From a virus, in IMG/VR virus record IMGVR_UViG_3300043446_004488, positions 1 through 64,000 of that record: a stretch of DNA of 64,000 bases. The stretch is one strand, 5' to 3'. Below, piece after piece: positions 1 through 11,290 of this stretch (position 1 is the first letter of the stretch; each line of letters opens with the position of its first letter). The notes beneath the pieces are model-generated. The model had not been told where the DNA came from. It ran no database searches and saw nothing but the letters and a program-made list of their open reading frames with translations. The translations under genes and the position numbers were made by a program.

Positions 1-695
1 CCTTGAGCACCTTGTGCTCCTTGAGGTCCTTGTGCTCCTTGAGCACCTGCAGTTCCTTGTGCTCCTGTTGGTCCCTGAGGTCCTTGTGCTCCTTGAGCAC
101 CTGCAGTTCCTTGTGCTCCTGTTGGTCCCTGAGGTCCTTGTGCTCCTTGAGAACCCTGTGCTCCTGCAGTTCCTTGAGCACCCTGTGCTCCTGTTGGTCC
201 CTGAGGTCCTTGTGCTCCTTGAGCACCTGCAGTTCCTTGAGCACCTGCAGCACCTTGTGCTCCTGTTGGTCCCTGAGGTCCTTGTGCTCCTTGAGCACCT
301 GCAGTTCCTTGAGCACCTTGTGCTCCCTGTGCTCCTGTTGGTCCCTGAGGTCCTTGTGCTCCTTGAGCACCTGCAGTTCCTTGAGCACCTTGTGCTCCTG
401 TTGGTCCCTGAGGTCCTTGTGCTCCTTGAGCACCTGCAGTTCCTTGAGCACCCTGTGCTCCTGCAGTTCCTTGAGCACCCTGTGCTCCTGTTGGTCCCTG
501 AGGTCCTTGTGCTCCTTGAGCACCTGCAGTTCCTTGAGCACCCTGTGCTCCTTGAGGTCCTTGTGCTCCTTGAGCACCTGCAGTTCCTTGAGCACCTTGT
601 GCTCCCTGTGCTCCTGTTGGTCCCTGAGGTCCTTGTGCTCCTTGAGGTCCTCTTGCTCCCTGTGCCCCTGTTAATCCTTGAGCACCTTGAGGACC
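1..695. repeat. Tandem 9-nt-unit repeat with ~54-63-nt higher-order units encoding collagen triplets
   Basis: Near-identical copies of ccttgtgctcctgttggtccctgaggtccttgtgctccttgagcacctgcagtt. Confidence 0.9.
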
Positions 696-872
696 ATATG
701 GATTTAATGCAATAACTGTGGTCCCTATACCAACACCTAAGGTATCTTGACGAATGAATAACTTTCCATCGTAATGATTAATTGCTACTTCGCCTAGTCC
801 CAGTTGTGCAACTTCTGGAACTTTTCCCTGTACTAGCGAACGCTTAACTCTTACAACAGGATTAGTATTCAT
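1..872 (-). CDS. Collagen-like tail fibre protein (3' end runs off the window)
   Basis: Not in the ORF track. ATG at 872 gives [42 protein letters not shown] (fibre N-terminal attachment-type motif), then uninterrupted G-X-Y triplets ([12 protein letters not shown]) to the window edge. Confidence 0.9.
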   Translation of the reverse strand, partial: MNTNPVVRVKRSLVQGKVPEVAQLGLGEVAINHYDGKLFIRQDTLGVGIGTTVIALNPYGPQGAQGLTGAQGARGPQGAQGPQGPTGAQGAQGAQGTAGAQGAQGPQGAQGAQGTAGAQGAQGPQGPTGAQGAQGTAGAQGAQGTAGAQGAQGPQGPTGAQGAQGTAGAQGAQGPQGPTGAQGAQGAQGTAGAQGAQGPQGPTGAQGAAGAQGTAGAQGAQGPQGPTGAQGAQGTAGAQGSQGAQGPQGPTGAQGTAGAQGAQGPQGPTGAQGTAGAQGAQGPQGAQGAQ

Positions 873-929
873 TCATCCCCATAGGTGGTATATACCTTAA
901 GTCCAATATTTATTGGACATTTGATTTAT

Positions 930-1118
930 TTATGAATAATCCTCTAGTTTTTTTCTTGTTGTCTTTTGATTTTCTAACTTTTCTATTTTGGAAATCAACT
1001 CACTATTTGTTGATGATAAAGAATTAATTTTGGCTTCATAAACAATCACTTGATTAATCAACTCAGAAACTTTTTTTTGATATGAAGATAATAAAGCTTG
1101 ATAATCAATATCATTCAT
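930..1118 (-). CDS. Small coiled-coil hypothetical protein
   Basis: 62-aa ORF abutting the upstream fibre gene; heptad-like sequence. Confidence 0.7.
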   Translation of the reverse strand: MNDIDYQALLSSYQKKVSELINQVIVYEAKINSLSSTNSELISKIEKLENQKTTRKKLEDYS

Positions 1119-3718
1119 CAGAATGTTCCAGCATCTACAGTTATATTATTTAAGAATCTTTCTCCTGAAGTACAAGAAATAACTTCAGATTGTCCTGCAC
1201 AATCATTAACCCAAAGAGAACCAATTTCAATTGCTGCCCAGTTATTTACACTCAATACTCCTGTTGATTCAGTTACATCAGAAGCAATTCCAACTCTTTG
1301 AGCACTATCATCCCAGAATACTGATGCTTTTTTAGAAGAACCAGAATACCAATTAAGTAATATACCAATATCAAGATTTAAATCTGAAGATGGTGGGACA
1401 AGAACACCACCACTATTAACTAAACCTAAATCAACTAAAGTATCTTCTACTTTCAGAGTTGATGTATTAACTTCAGTAGTTGTTCCAAGAACATATAAAT
1501 CACCACTGATAGTTACACTATTAGCAAATCCAACTGCACCTGTTCCATCAGTAATTGTAATTGATGTTGTACCATCTTTTGCTTTCAGATTAGTAACTTC
1601 AACAGTAGGAACATCAAGTAATGTCGTGATGTTTACTGTAGAAGGAAGTCCAATTGTAACTGTTTGTCCAGAAACAGATGTTTCTACTTCATTTGCAGTC
1701 CCAGAAATAGTGAGAGTTTGTGAAGTATTAACAGTGCTTGGACCACCACCGTCAGCATTTAATCCAAGAGTTAAGTCAACAGCATCTACATATGCCTTAA
1801 CTGCTTTTTGTGTTGGTAAATAAGAATCACTGTTTTCTGCAAGAGTTGTGCTTGTAGAAATACCAGTAATACCAATACCAGAAGTTCCATTTAATTTAAA
1901 AGTTCCAGTAGTTGTAATTCCAGTAACTTTTATGTCTCTTGCAAAAGTTGCATCAAGATCTGATAAAGTAATTAATGTAGTTGCGTTAGAAGAACTTCTA
2001 ATTTCATTTACAATTGCCTTTGCCTGGAATGACACATCACCATTAGCATACATATAAAGTGCATTAGATCCACCACCTGCTTTAATGTAAGAAGTTAATG
2101 CTCCAGGATTACCTACACTTAAAATTCCACGAGTTTTTACAGAACCATCTGAAGGATTGACTGATAACCCTGCACCAACTCTTAATGTTTCTGATGTTTG
2201 TCCTGCAAGAGTGTCTACAAATGTTACATAATAGTCTGCATTTGTAGATGTTCCTGTAGTATCAACTAATGTTGCTCTAGTAGAAGTTGTAGCAGTCCCT
2301 GTTAATGTTCCTTGAACCTCTACATTTCCTGTAAAAAGCGCGTGTTGAGTAGTAAAGGTATTTGTGCCAGGATTGTAGTAAATACCATCATCAGTATAAA
2401 CAGTTTCTGCAGTTGCAGAACCATTATGACTATCAACAAAAGTTACATAATAAGTTCCTGCAGAATCGCTTGCAGTAACTGTTTTAACTTGTGTTGAAAT
2501 TCCTGCATTATCTGCATAAGTTGCTGTTGCAACATTACCACTTACAGTACCATTAAAAGTACCATTAAAAGTTCCATACATATTGGTTGCACTGATTGCA
2601 TTATCAGTCATGGTGATACCAGAACCAACAGCAAGGCGAATTCCACTCGCCATTGTAGTGGTTCCAATTGCCAATCCATAATTGAATGCAAAAGCATCAG
2701 TTGAGAATCCAAGAGTTCCACTCTTGAACCACATCAGTTGTTTATAAGTGTCTGGAAGTGTATTAATTCCAGAAGCAGCAAATGAAGTTAATGGACTTCC
2801 TACTGTTGATGCGATTGCAACACCTGCATGATTTGCAGTATCATCATTTGGAGTGATTGAGGTAGTATATCCAAGAATAATATCTTTGTTCTCAATGTAA
2901 ACATCTTGACCTTTCAGCGAAACAAATGTTCCACCAATAGTCACATTTCCAATTACATTTAAATTTCCTCCAACATTTACATTTTTCTGAACTCCAAGTC
3001 CACCATCAAGAACAACTGCACCATTATCATAAGTAGTGGATTGAGTAGAATTGGTAAAAGATGCAATTCCAGAAAATACTGATTCAGAATCAGCACGAAA
3101 ATAACCATCTACATCAAGAGTTTGACTAACACCCAAATTATTGGTAATTTGTAAATTATAAACAGTAGAATATCCAGAAACATTCATTCCATTATTATCA
3201 ACTACTAATCCATTAAATGTAGAAAGTCCTGCTACATAGATATTTCCACCAATATTAACTGATTTCTCAATACCTACACCACCTTCAATGACTACAGCAC
3301 CATTATCTTTAGTAGTTGAATCTGTAGTATCAGAGAATGTTGTGATGCCACTAAAAGTAGCATTATTTGATCCACTTCCCCAAGAAAGATTTCCACTTCC
3401 ATCATTAGTCAGAACAGTTCCATTAATCCCTTGAGTTGCTGGAAAGTAATAGGTAACTGCTGCACCTACTGATGCTGGTGCTGCAAGTGTAATAAAATCT
3501 GAACCACTTGTCGATTCTACAAGATTAACTCCACTTCCTCTAGAAGCTGTTTCTTTTCTCCAATATCTATGAGAACCAACAAACTTATTGTTATTTGTTG
3601 TACTATCAATACCTACATAAAAATCAAATGAATCTGTGGTAAAGGCTGGTTCACCTGCTCTTAATCCTGGCAGATTTGATAAAGCACCTCTTTTAACCTG
3701 TACTACTGGTGCTGGCAT
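1118..3718 (-). CDS. Tail fibre/virion structural protein
   Basis: N-terminus VQVKRG..LRAGEPAFTTD (Mtd_N-like fibre motif); repeated GAVVI.GG.G..K.VN.GG units; T/S/G-rich. Confidence 0.8.
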   Translation of the reverse strand: MPAPVVQVKRGALSNLPGLRAGEPAFTTDSFDFYVGIDSTTNNNKFVGSHRYWRKETASRGSGVNLVESTSGSDFITLAAPASVGAAVTYYFPATQGINGTVLTNDGSGNLSWGSGSNNATFSGITTFSDTTDSTTKDNGAVVIEGGVGIEKSVNIGGNIYVAGLSTFNGLVVDNNGMNVSGYSTVYNLQITNNLGVSQTLDVDGYFRADSESVFSGIASFTNSTQSTTYDNGAVVLDGGLGVQKNVNVGGNLNVIGNVTIGGTFVSLKGQDVYIENKDIILGYTTSITPNDDTANHAGVAIASTVGSPLTSFAASGINTLPDTYKQLMWFKSGTLGFSTDAFAFNYGLAIGTTTMASGIRLAVGSGITMTDNAISATNMYGTFNGTFNGTVSGNVATATYADNAGISTQVKTVTASDSAGTYYVTFVDSHNGSATAETVYTDDGIYYNPGTNTFTTQHALFTGNVEVQGTLTGTATTSTRATLVDTTGTSTNADYYVTFVDTLAGQTSETLRVGAGLSVNPSDGSVKTRGILSVGNPGALTSYIKAGGGSNALYMYANGDVSFQAKAIVNEIRSSSNATTLITLSDLDATFARDIKVTGITTTGTFKLNGTSGIGITGISTSTTLAENSDSYLPTQKAVKAYVDAVDLTLGLNADGGGPSTVNTSQTLTISGTANEVETSVSGQTVTIGLPSTVNITTLLDVPTVEVTNLKAKDGTTSITITDGTGAVGFANSVTISGDLYVLGTTTEVNTSTLKVEDTLVDLGLVNSGGVLVPPSSDLNLDIGILLNWYSGSSKKASVFWDDSAQRVGIASDVTESTGVLSVNNWAAIEIGSLWVNDCAGQSEVISCTSGERFLNNITVDAGTF

Positions 3719-3754
3719 CTTCTATTCTACGTAGTTTTTACTATTTATGAATCC

Positions 3755-4069
3755 TCAAAAAGTACCTGCATCCAAATCTATTCTATTATCTAAATCTACA
3801 TCCAATACATTTTCAAAATCAGCAGGAAGTCCAGGTTGAATAGTTTCTGTAGAAGATGCTGATGAAAGAACCTTATCTGGATTTACAAGTTTGTAAGTTT
3901 GTGTTGTTGCATCATACATAATCACATATTGATCGTTCTTATCTGCATCATTAAAATCCAATAAATCTCCAAAGTTAATTGCAGTCACGTTTGGTACTAC
4001 CTCTATTGTTTGTGGAGAATCTAAATTAATACTTGAAATTGAAGATATTACTTCTACTTCTATTTCCAT
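3755..4069 (-). CDS. Acidic virion structural/adaptor protein
   Basis: 104 aa within the fibre operon; ends in DAGTF like the 866-aa neighbour. Confidence 0.65.
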   Translation of the reverse strand: MEIEVEVISSISSINLDSPQTIEVVPNVTAINFGDLLDFNDADKNDQYVIMYDATTQTYKLVNPDKVLSSASSTETIQPGLPADFENVLDVDLDNRIDLDAGTF

Positions 4070-4407
4070 TAGGATGCAGTTCCTCTTACTAAAACTGTCC
4101 CTTCTATAACTTTTGTAGTCACTGTAGAAACCCCACTTGAAGTAATTAAAACATCATAATAGTATCTTCCAGGAGGAATGGTTCCTGTAATTGTATTGCC
4201 CATCCCCACTGAAATGATTCCAGAAGAAAGGGGTGCCACAGCCTCAACATCAAATTCATAAGAAGTTGTTGCTGCATAATGCTTTCGCATTTTTGCAGTA
4301 AATGTATATCCAGTCAAATTGATAGGAGCACCATCAGACTTCAGTTTAAATTTTGTAGAAAAATCAGTTTCTTTTTCTATAACAATGTTGACTGCTGGAA
4401 CTGCCAT
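4069..4407 (-). CDS. Virion structural protein, BppU-like Ig-fold adaptor
   Basis: INLTGYTFTAKMRKHY...GRYYYDVLIT...KVIEGTVLV pattern typical of small cyanophage fibre-associated proteins. Confidence 0.6.
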   Translation of the reverse strand: MAVPAVNIVIEKETDFSTKFKLKSDGAPINLTGYTFTAKMRKHYAATTSYEFDVEAVAPLSSGIISVGMGNTITGTIPPGRYYYDVLITSSGVSTVTTKVIEGTVLVRGTAS

Positions 4408-4415
4408 TTTTATTT

Positions 4416-7400
4416 TTATTTATTTTTTAAATCATCAATCTCTTTTTGAAGAGTTTTTACAGCATCAATCAAAATAGAAATGATAGGAATATAACTTACA
4501 GTTTTTGTATTATCTATTTCATTAGTATTGACCAATTCTGGTAAAACTTTTTCTAATTGTTGTGCAATTACACCATAACTCTTTCGTCCATCTTTTTTCC
4601 AATTAAAGGAAACTGGATTGATTTTATTTAATATTTCAATACCATTAAAGATATCTTGAATATTGTCTTTGAAGACTAAATCAGATGTTGAATTTAAGTC
4701 CTGGCAAGTTACTGTTCCACTTACAGTTAAGTTTCCATTATTTGGATTAATTTTAAAGTTTGCAGTTGCTCTGGCTGTTTGATTTGTTCCTGCTCCTGCA
4801 ACAAACACTGGGAACTGATCAGCATCTGTAGTATCACTTGTAGCATTAATAGTTCCTGATGGTCCTGCAGTTCCTTGAGGGCCTTGGAATCCTTGAGCAC
4901 CCTGTGCTCCTGCAGTTCCTTGAGCACCCTGTGCTCCTGCAGTTCCTTGAGAACCTTGAGAACCTTGAGAACCTTGAGAACCTTGATTTCCTTGATTTCC
5001 TTGAGATCCTTGATTTCCTTGAGATCCTTGAGCACCATCTGAACCTGGACTCCCAACAGAACCTTGAGCACCTTGAGGTCCAGTTCCTTGAGGTCCTTGA
5101 ATACCTTGAGGTCCTCTTGGACCTTGAGGTCCTATTAGTCCCTGAGAACCTTGAGGTCCCTGAGAACCTTGAGTTCCTTGAGGTCCTTGGAATCCTTGAG
5201 GTCCAGTTCCCTGAGGTCCTTGAGAACCTTGAGGTCCTTGAGAACCTTGAGGTCCTTGAGGACCTATTAAACCTTGTGAACCTTGAGGTCCTACAACTCC
5301 TTGAGGCCCAACTCCTTGTGGACCTTGGAAACCTTGAGGTCCTCTTGCTCCTTGTGCCCCCTGAGGTCCTTGGAATCCTTGTGCTCCCTGAGGTCCTTGG
5401 AATCCTTGGAAACCTTGAGGTCCTTGAACACCTTGAGGTCCCTGTGCTCCTGTAGGTCCTTTAATTTGACCAACATTAGTCCAAATAGATCCATCAAATA
5501 CCCACAGATTTCCAGTATCTTGAGCAATTACACCATCTCCAGTCCCTGGAGGATACCATGGATAAGTATCATCAACGAATGGACTAGTTAATGCTGTAGA
5601 CCCTATTCCAGATGTTTTTGCTGGAATTGAACCTACGATTGTAACTGATGTTCCAGTAGCACCTTGAGAACCTTGTGGCCCTCTAGGTCCTTGAGGTCCT
5701 TGGAATCCCTGAGCACCTTGAGGTCCTTGGAATCCTTGAGCACCTTGATTTCCTTGTGCTCCTGTTGGACCTTGAGGTCCTTGGAATCCTTGAGGACCCT
5801 GGACTCCTTGAGGACCAGTGCTTCCAACACCACCTTGAGGTCCTTGGAAACCAGTATTTCCTTGATTTCCTTGTGCTCCTGTTGAACCTTGAGGTCCTAC
5901 TAATCCTTGAGAACCTTGAGGTCCTCTTGGTCCTTGTGGTCCTTGTGGACCAGGAGTTCCTACACTACCAGAAGCTCCTTGAGGACCAACACTTCCTTGT
6001 GGTCCTTGAACACCTTGTGGACCTGATAAACCTTGAGAACCTTGTGGTCCAATAAGTCCCTGATCACCTTGAGCCCCTTGAGGACCAGTAGAACCTTGAG
6101 GTCCAATTCTTCCTTGAGGTCCTTGGAATCCCTGTGCTCCTTGTGGACCTTGAGGACCTGTTCCTTGAGGACCTTGAACACCTTGAGGTCCTTGGAATCC
6201 TTGATATCCCTGTGCCCCTTGAGGACCTGTTCCCTGAGGACCTTGAACACCTTGTGGACCTTGAACACCTTGTGGACCTTGGAATCCTTGGAATCCTTGT
6301 GGACCTTGAAATCCTTGAAATCCTTGAGGACCTATTTGACCTTGTGGTCCTTGATTTCCTTGATTTCCTTGATATCCTTGTGCTCCTGTTGGACCTGGAG
6401 ATCCTTGAGGACCTATTCCTTGAGGACCTTGATATCCTTGTGCTCCTTGAGAACCTGCAGTACCCTGAGCACCTGCAGAACCCTGAGAACCTTGTGCTCC
6501 TGTAGGTCCTTGAGGACCTTGAGCACCCTGTGCTCCTGTTGCTCCTTGAGCACCTTGAGGTCCTACTGAACCTTGTGCTCCTGCTGAACCTTGAGCACCT
6601 GCAGTTCCTTGAGAACCAGTCCCACCTGCAGCACCTTGTGCTCCTGAAGCACCTTGAGCACCTGCAGAACCTTGTGCTCCTGTTGGTCCTTGAGGTCCTT
6701 GAGCACCCTGTGCTCCAGTTGAACCTTGAGGACCTATTGCACCTTGAGGTCCTATTGCACCCTGTGCTCCAGCATCTCCTTTAATTTGACCAACATTATT
6801 CCAAACAGTTCCAGAGTAAACCCAAAGGTTTCCTGTTGCCTGATCGATTACACCATTCCCTGCAACTGCTGAAGGAAAATAATATTTTAAAAGTCCATCT
6901 GGATTATTTGGTCCTCCTGTTGGATATACTGCATTTACATTAGCAACAGAACCAACAATCGTTACTGATGTTCCCGCAGTACCCTGAGCACCTTGTGCTC
7001 CTGTTACACCTTGAGGACCTTGAGCACCTGCAGCACCTTGAGAACCAGTAGCTCCTTGAGAACCTGCAGTTCCCTGTGATCCTGAAGCACCTTGAGAACC
7101 TGCAGCACCTTGAGCACCTGTAGCACCTTGAGCACCTGTTATTCCTTGAGGACCTTGAGCACCTGCAGCACCTTGAGCACCTGCAGCACCTTGAGCACCT
7201 GTTGGTCCTTGAGGACCTTGAGCACCCTGTGCTCCTGTTGCTCCTTGAGCACCTTGAGGTCCCTGAGCACCCTGTACCCCTTGAGGTCCTTGAGCACCCT
7301 GTGCTCCTTGAGGACCTGATAAACCTTGTGCTCCTTGAAATCCCTGTGGACCTAAAGGACCAGAAGCATATGCCCAAGTAAATCCTAAACCAGGACCAAG

Positions 7401-8006
7401 AGAAGTTAATACTTTATCAGCATCACCACTTATTCCATCTTTGTTTAAAATATCAGCATTAATTCTGACAGCATTTAAACTAATATCTAATCTATATACT
7501 GGTTGTGTAATACCAATACCAAGATTTTGAGAACTTGGATAGTAAACTAGAGTAGTTGGGTCAATATCAAAATAATCTAATACTCCATTTTCCCTAATAC
7601 TTGTGAATCCAATAAATCTTGGTTCAGAATCATCAGGTTCTCTAACTATAGGATTTGATATAGTTATAGTAGCAATGCCAATTCCAGACGTGACAGTACC
7701 TGCTACTGATACTCCTGGACCTACAAAGTTTAATTGTGTAATTGAGTTTGCAACACCAACAACATTGCCCTCATCTCTAACTGTAATTCCTTGAGAAAAA
7801 ATAGCTGGAGGTACAGGAATCCAATATCTTTGAGAATATCCAGCAATTGCAATTGGAACATATTGTTCTCCAACAGGAATATTTCCATCTCCTGGTGGTT
7901 GACCCAAGTTTGGCTCAGCATCAGCTAACTTAAGATACTGATATCTAAAATCAGGTAATCTTGATTGTGGAGTTACTGGTACTCTTCTACTTAGATACTT
8001 AGCCAT
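4416..8006 (-). CDS. Collagen-like tail fibre with C-terminal intramolecular chaperone (peptidase S74-like)
   Basis: Long G-X-Q tracts; C-terminus TSD...K.NI...[11 protein letters not shown]...[15 protein letters not shown]...VSY followed by coiled coil. Confidence 0.9.
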   Translation of the reverse strand: MAKYLSRRVPVTPQSRLPDFRYQYLKLADAEPNLGQPPGDGNIPVGEQYVPIAIAGYSQRYWIPVPPAIFSQGITVRDEGNVVGVANSITQLNFVGPGVSVAGTVTSGIGIATITISNPIVREPDDSEPRFIGFTSIRENGVLDYFDIDPTTLVYYPSSQNLGIGITQPVYRLDISLNAVRINADILNKDGISGDADKVLTSLGPGLGFTWAYASGPLGPQGFQGAQGLSGPQGAQGAQGPQGVQGAQGPQGAQGATGAQGAQGPQGPTGAQGAAGAQGAAGAQGPQGITGAQGATGAQGAAGSQGASGSQGTAGSQGATGSQGAAGAQGPQGVTGAQGAQGTAGTSVTIVGSVANVNAVYPTGGPNNPDGLLKYYFPSAVAGNGVIDQATGNLWVYSGTVWNNVGQIKGDAGAQGAIGPQGAIGPQGSTGAQGAQGPQGPTGAQGSAGAQGASGAQGAAGGTGSQGTAGAQGSAGAQGSVGPQGAQGATGAQGAQGPQGPTGAQGSQGSAGAQGTAGSQGAQGYQGPQGIGPQGSPGPTGAQGYQGNQGNQGPQGQIGPQGFQGFQGPQGFQGFQGPQGVQGPQGVQGPQGTGPQGAQGYQGFQGPQGVQGPQGTGPQGPQGAQGFQGPQGRIGPQGSTGPQGAQGDQGLIGPQGSQGLSGPQGVQGPQGSVGPQGASGSVGTPGPQGPQGPRGPQGSQGLVGPQGSTGAQGNQGNTGFQGPQGGVGSTGPQGVQGPQGFQGPQGPTGAQGNQGAQGFQGPQGAQGFQGPQGPRGPQGSQGATGTSVTIVGSIPAKTSGIGSTALTSPFVDDTYPWYPPGTGDGVIAQDTGNLWVFDGSIWTNVGQIKGPTGAQGPQGVQGPQGFQGFQGPQGAQGFQGPQGAQGARGPQGFQGPQGVGPQGVVGPQGSQGLIGPQGPQGSQGPQGSQGPQGTGPQGFQGPQGTQGSQGPQGSQGLIGPQGPRGPQGIQGPQGTGPQGAQGSVGSPGSDGAQGSQGNQGSQGNQGNQGSQGSQGSQGSQGTAGAQGAQGTAGAQGAQGFQGPQGTAGPSGTINATSDTTDADQFPVFVAGAGTNQTARATANFKINPNNGNLTVSGTVTCQDLNSTSDLVFKDNIQDIFNGIEILNKINPVSFNWKKDGRKSYGVIAQQLEKVLPELVNTNEIDNTKTVSYIPIISILIDAVKTLQKEIDDLKNK

Positions 8007-8044
8007 ACTTGGGTTCCACTATCCCCCTGTTATAAGGTTATTTA

Positions 8045-8425
8045 TTACTGATTTAGAGTCTCTAAAATACTAACAGTATATTTCAAAGTATTTGGAGTTT
8101 CTGAAGAAACTCCTACCATTCTAATACTATCAGTTTTAAGAGCAGTTCTTTCTAAAACCAATCTTCCATCAAGTAAAATTAATGCATCATTATCTGGAAC
8201 AAGAGCATTTTTAATAATTTCAGTGGTTTCTGTAGTAATCCCTGACTGACTTCTAGTTTCTCTTCTATGGTAAAAAGTTACAGTTCCAACTCCAACTCCA
8301 GTATTAGCAACTTGTGCATAAAGAACAATACTGGTATATCCAGTTTTAGTCTTATAAACTTCTGTTTCAGTTGTACTGACTACTCCTACAACTGTTTTAT
8401 ATGTATTAAGTGGTTGTTGAGCCAT
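8045..8425 (-). CDS. Conserved virion structural protein
   Basis: 126 aa between fibre genes; GRLVLE...SILET pattern. Confidence 0.6.
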   Translation of the reverse strand: MAQQPLNTYKTVVGVVSTTETEVYKTKTGYTSIVLYAQVANTGVGVGTVTFYHRRETRSQSGITTETTEIIKNALVPDNDALILLDGRLVLERTALKTDSIRMVGVSSETPNTLKYTVSILETLNQ

Positions 8426-8431
8426 GATTGG

Positions 8432-11290
8432 TTATTGTTGAAGTGCAATAATTAAAGGTGTAACTTCTGCCTGTAAACTTTTACTAAATGCTTGTCCAGT
8501 GATGGTTCCAGTATTTTGATTAATTGTAATTCCTTCACTAATTCTAAAGTTTCCTCCTTGGTCAGTGCTTGTAAATGGAACTTTACCTCCATTTGTAGCA
8601 ACTATCTGATTTTCTGTAATTGGAATAGCACCTTTAGAAGGAACAGCATTTGTAATAGTAGTTCCTGTACCTATATATTCAAATGTGATACTACTTGCAA
8701 TAATCTTACTGGATTGGAAGAAATAAACAGTTGTTCCAGCACTCACAGGATAAGTAATAAATTCATCAAAAGTTACAGTTGTAGTCCCTCCAACAGATAC
8801 TTGTGTTGCTGAAACTGGATTAAAGAAATATTTTTCCATTACTGCATGAGCAGTTGCTTGTGTATAAGGAGCAGGAGGAGGAGCAATAGTTACAGTTGGA
8901 GGAGTTGATGTATATCCTGTTCCAGAGACAAGAATAGTCACATTTCCAATTGAACCATCATCATTAATATCAGTTTCAAAAACAGCTGCCTCTGCAGGAA
9001 TAAAATAATCAGGGTCATCTGGAAGGTCAATTGTAACTTCAACTGGAATATTTGGGTCATATCCAGACCCTGGTTGGTCAATTACAATTTCTTTAATGAA
9101 ATAATACTGTTCTCCAACATAAGCCACTTGACCATCATAAGGTCTTTGTCCTTTTGGAAGTTCTAATGCTGGAGCAGAATTTGTTCCAACTCCAACAATA
9201 CTTGTGATAATTCCTGCTCTATTTGATATGAAGGATTGAACATTTGTAGAGTATGTCTTGGAGAGATCTTTTGTTTGTGATACAGAACCAATTCCAGATT
9301 GATAACTTACTGGGAGATTTAAATTTTGTGCCACATAAGTTGCAATTCCAGCAATATAATTAACTATTGCAACCTCACCATTCTTGACATATCCAGCAGT
9401 AAATCCTGAAGGGACTGGTGAAGAATCATTCAGATAAGTGAGTGTTCCACCTACAGAATCTCTATAGGCAAGTCCTGCATTAATAGAGTTTGCATTTCCA
9501 AGAGTCAAAATATCAGAACAAATAGATTCTACAATAATTTGTCCATCACGAATGCACTTAGACCTTCCAACAATAGATCCACCATAATCAAAGTTAGGAC
9601 CATTTGCACCATAAGGTCCTGAAGTGCTGGTCAAAAATCCTACTGCCTCTGAAGCAATAAATTCTTTATTTTCTCTTAAAAGTGCAACAGTATCAATAAA
9701 TTCTTGGGATGCTCCTACCCCAACATTAATCACCAAACTGTCTACATTATCTTCAGTTGGTGCTTCAACTACAGTTCCTGTAAATTGAAGAGGAGTTGCT
9801 CCATTAGACACTAATCCATAATTACCAAAAGATGAGTTGGAGTTATTGAGGTCACAAACTCCACCAGTATCACAGAATACTGCAGTATCACAGCAAATTG
9901 TGAAAAGGGAAACTAACTGTGCATATCCAAAGTTTGTAATGGAAACTCCAATTCCACCTTGATTATATTGAGTAAATGCATCCAGAACCATAGATTTAAA
10001 TCCACCAGCTCTGTTTCCATCAACTCTCATTCCAATACTGTCTGGAACAAAATTGGTACAGTTCTGAACATAAGGTGACTGCCAATTTTCTTCTGTTCCA
10101 TCAGCAAATCCATTCCCTTGAGTTGGGAATGAAACCATAGCCTTTCCAGGATTACTTGGTCCTACAAATGATTGATGTGAAATATAACAACCTCTTCTGA
10201 CATGATACAAATCAGTTGAACCAGATGTAGTTACAAGAGTTCTTCTTAAATCTTCCCCAACAATAGCAACTCTTTCTGGAACTTGAATAGGACCATCTTC
10301 TGTATAAAGTCCAGCAAATACTCTGATAGTATCTCCAGGTTCTGCCACTGAACAAGCTTTTTTAATAGTTAAAAATGCATCTCCAGGACTTCTACCAAAA
10401 TTATCATCACTTCCAAGTTTGTTTACAAAATATTCATTTCCAATTCTTGCACCAGGAGGATTCCATAATAATCTACCATCACCAGAGGAAGCTAAAACAG
10501 AATATGCATATCCTACATTATTTTGCGCATCTACAACTTCTCCACGAACTCTAATATCCCCTGCAACATCTAATGTTCTTGTTGGAGTAATAGTATTAAT
10601 TCCAACCAGAGGAGTAATAGTTTTACTATCACTATCATATCTCCCAGAAACAACAAGAGTTTCTGTGGTTGTTGCAAAGTTATCTGCAGTTAAAATTGTT
10701 CCACCAATTCCTACATCAAGAACTGCTGTAGTAGTGATTCCTGTAACCTCAAGAAACTCTATAGTAGAAATTCCAACAATTTCTTGAGAAATTATGGCAG
10801 TGGTAATTGTGGATAATCCTACCCTTTCTAATCCAATTGAACCAATTCCAATTGTTGCAATTCCAGTGTAAGATTGTGAAGATGTTACAAGTCCAGAAAT
10901 TCTTGTATCACCAACAATATCAACTCTATATCCTCTTGGAGTAGTTGTTCCAACACCAACAGAACCAATTCCTGTAATGACTACAGATTGTGTTGCTGCT
11001 GCACCAACTTGAACTGCTTGTGTTGGTCTTGTAGTTCCAATACCAATAGAACTTGAAATGTATGCAGAACCTATAACATCAAGTTGTTGATAATTTGATG
11101 TAGTTCCAATACCAATATTATCTTCTGCATAAACTGCATCTTCTGCATAGATGTCTCCTATGACATCTAAAGAGTAGTTTGCAGTTGTTTTACCAATAGC
11201 AACTCTTTTTGAGGCACCATCAGCATATAGTGCTTGAGTGCCTACACCAATACCTTTTCTAACTACAAAATAGTTATCTTGTGAAGCCAT
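8432..11290 (-). CDS. Large tail fibre/structural protein with pectin-lyase-like beta-helix segment
   Basis: IGIGT repeats; YFVNKLGSDDN.G.SP..AFLTIKKA...GDTIRVFAGLY (DUF1565-like). Confidence 0.75.
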   Translation of the reverse strand: MASQDNYFVVRKGIGVGTQALYADGASKRVAIGKTTANYSLDVIGDIYAEDAVYAEDNIGIGTTSNYQQLDVIGSAYISSSIGIGTTRPTQAVQVGAAATQSVVITGIGSVGVGTTTPRGYRVDIVGDTRISGLVTSSQSYTGIATIGIGSIGLERVGLSTITTAIISQEIVGISTIEFLEVTGITTTAVLDVGIGGTILTADNFATTTETLVVSGRYDSDSKTITPLVGINTITPTRTLDVAGDIRVRGEVVDAQNNVGYAYSVLASSGDGRLLWNPPGARIGNEYFVNKLGSDDNFGRSPGDAFLTIKKACSVAEPGDTIRVFAGLYTEDGPIQVPERVAIVGEDLRRTLVTTSGSTDLYHVRRGCYISHQSFVGPSNPGKAMVSFPTQGNGFADGTEENWQSPYVQNCTNFVPDSIGMRVDGNRAGGFKSMVLDAFTQYNQGGIGVSITNFGYAQLVSLFTICCDTAVFCDTGGVCDLNNSNSSFGNYGLVSNGATPLQFTGTVVEAPTEDNVDSLVINVGVGASQEFIDTVALLRENKEFIASEAVGFLTSTSGPYGANGPNFDYGGSIVGRSKCIRDGQIIVESICSDILTLGNANSINAGLAYRDSVGGTLTYLNDSSPVPSGFTAGYVKNGEVAIVNYIAGIATYVAQNLNLPVSYQSGIGSVSQTKDLSKTYSTNVQSFISNRAGIITSIVGVGTNSAPALELPKGQRPYDGQVAYVGEQYYFIKEIVIDQPGSGYDPNIPVEVTIDLPDDPDYFIPAEAAVFETDINDDGSIGNVTILVSGTGYTSTPPTVTIAPPPAPYTQATAHAVMEKYFFNPVSATQVSVGGTTTVTFDEFITYPVSAGTTVYFFQSSKIIASSITFEYIGTGTTITNAVPSKGAIPITENQIVATNGGKVPFTSTDQGGNFRISEGITINQNTGTITGQAFSKSLQAEVTPLIIALQQ

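Noticed and set aside
3-715. Plus-strand ORFs with LCSL/LEHL repeats
   Set aside because: Stop-free antisense shadows of the collagen repeat; the real gene is on the minus strand from 872
1-7340. Possible CRISPR array in the repeat tracts
   Set aside because: No unique spacers; the repeats are contiguous in-frame coding triplets
4727-7377. Many overlapping ORFs within the collagen fibre gene
   Set aside because: Alternative-frame and antisense products of G-X-Y codon periodicity
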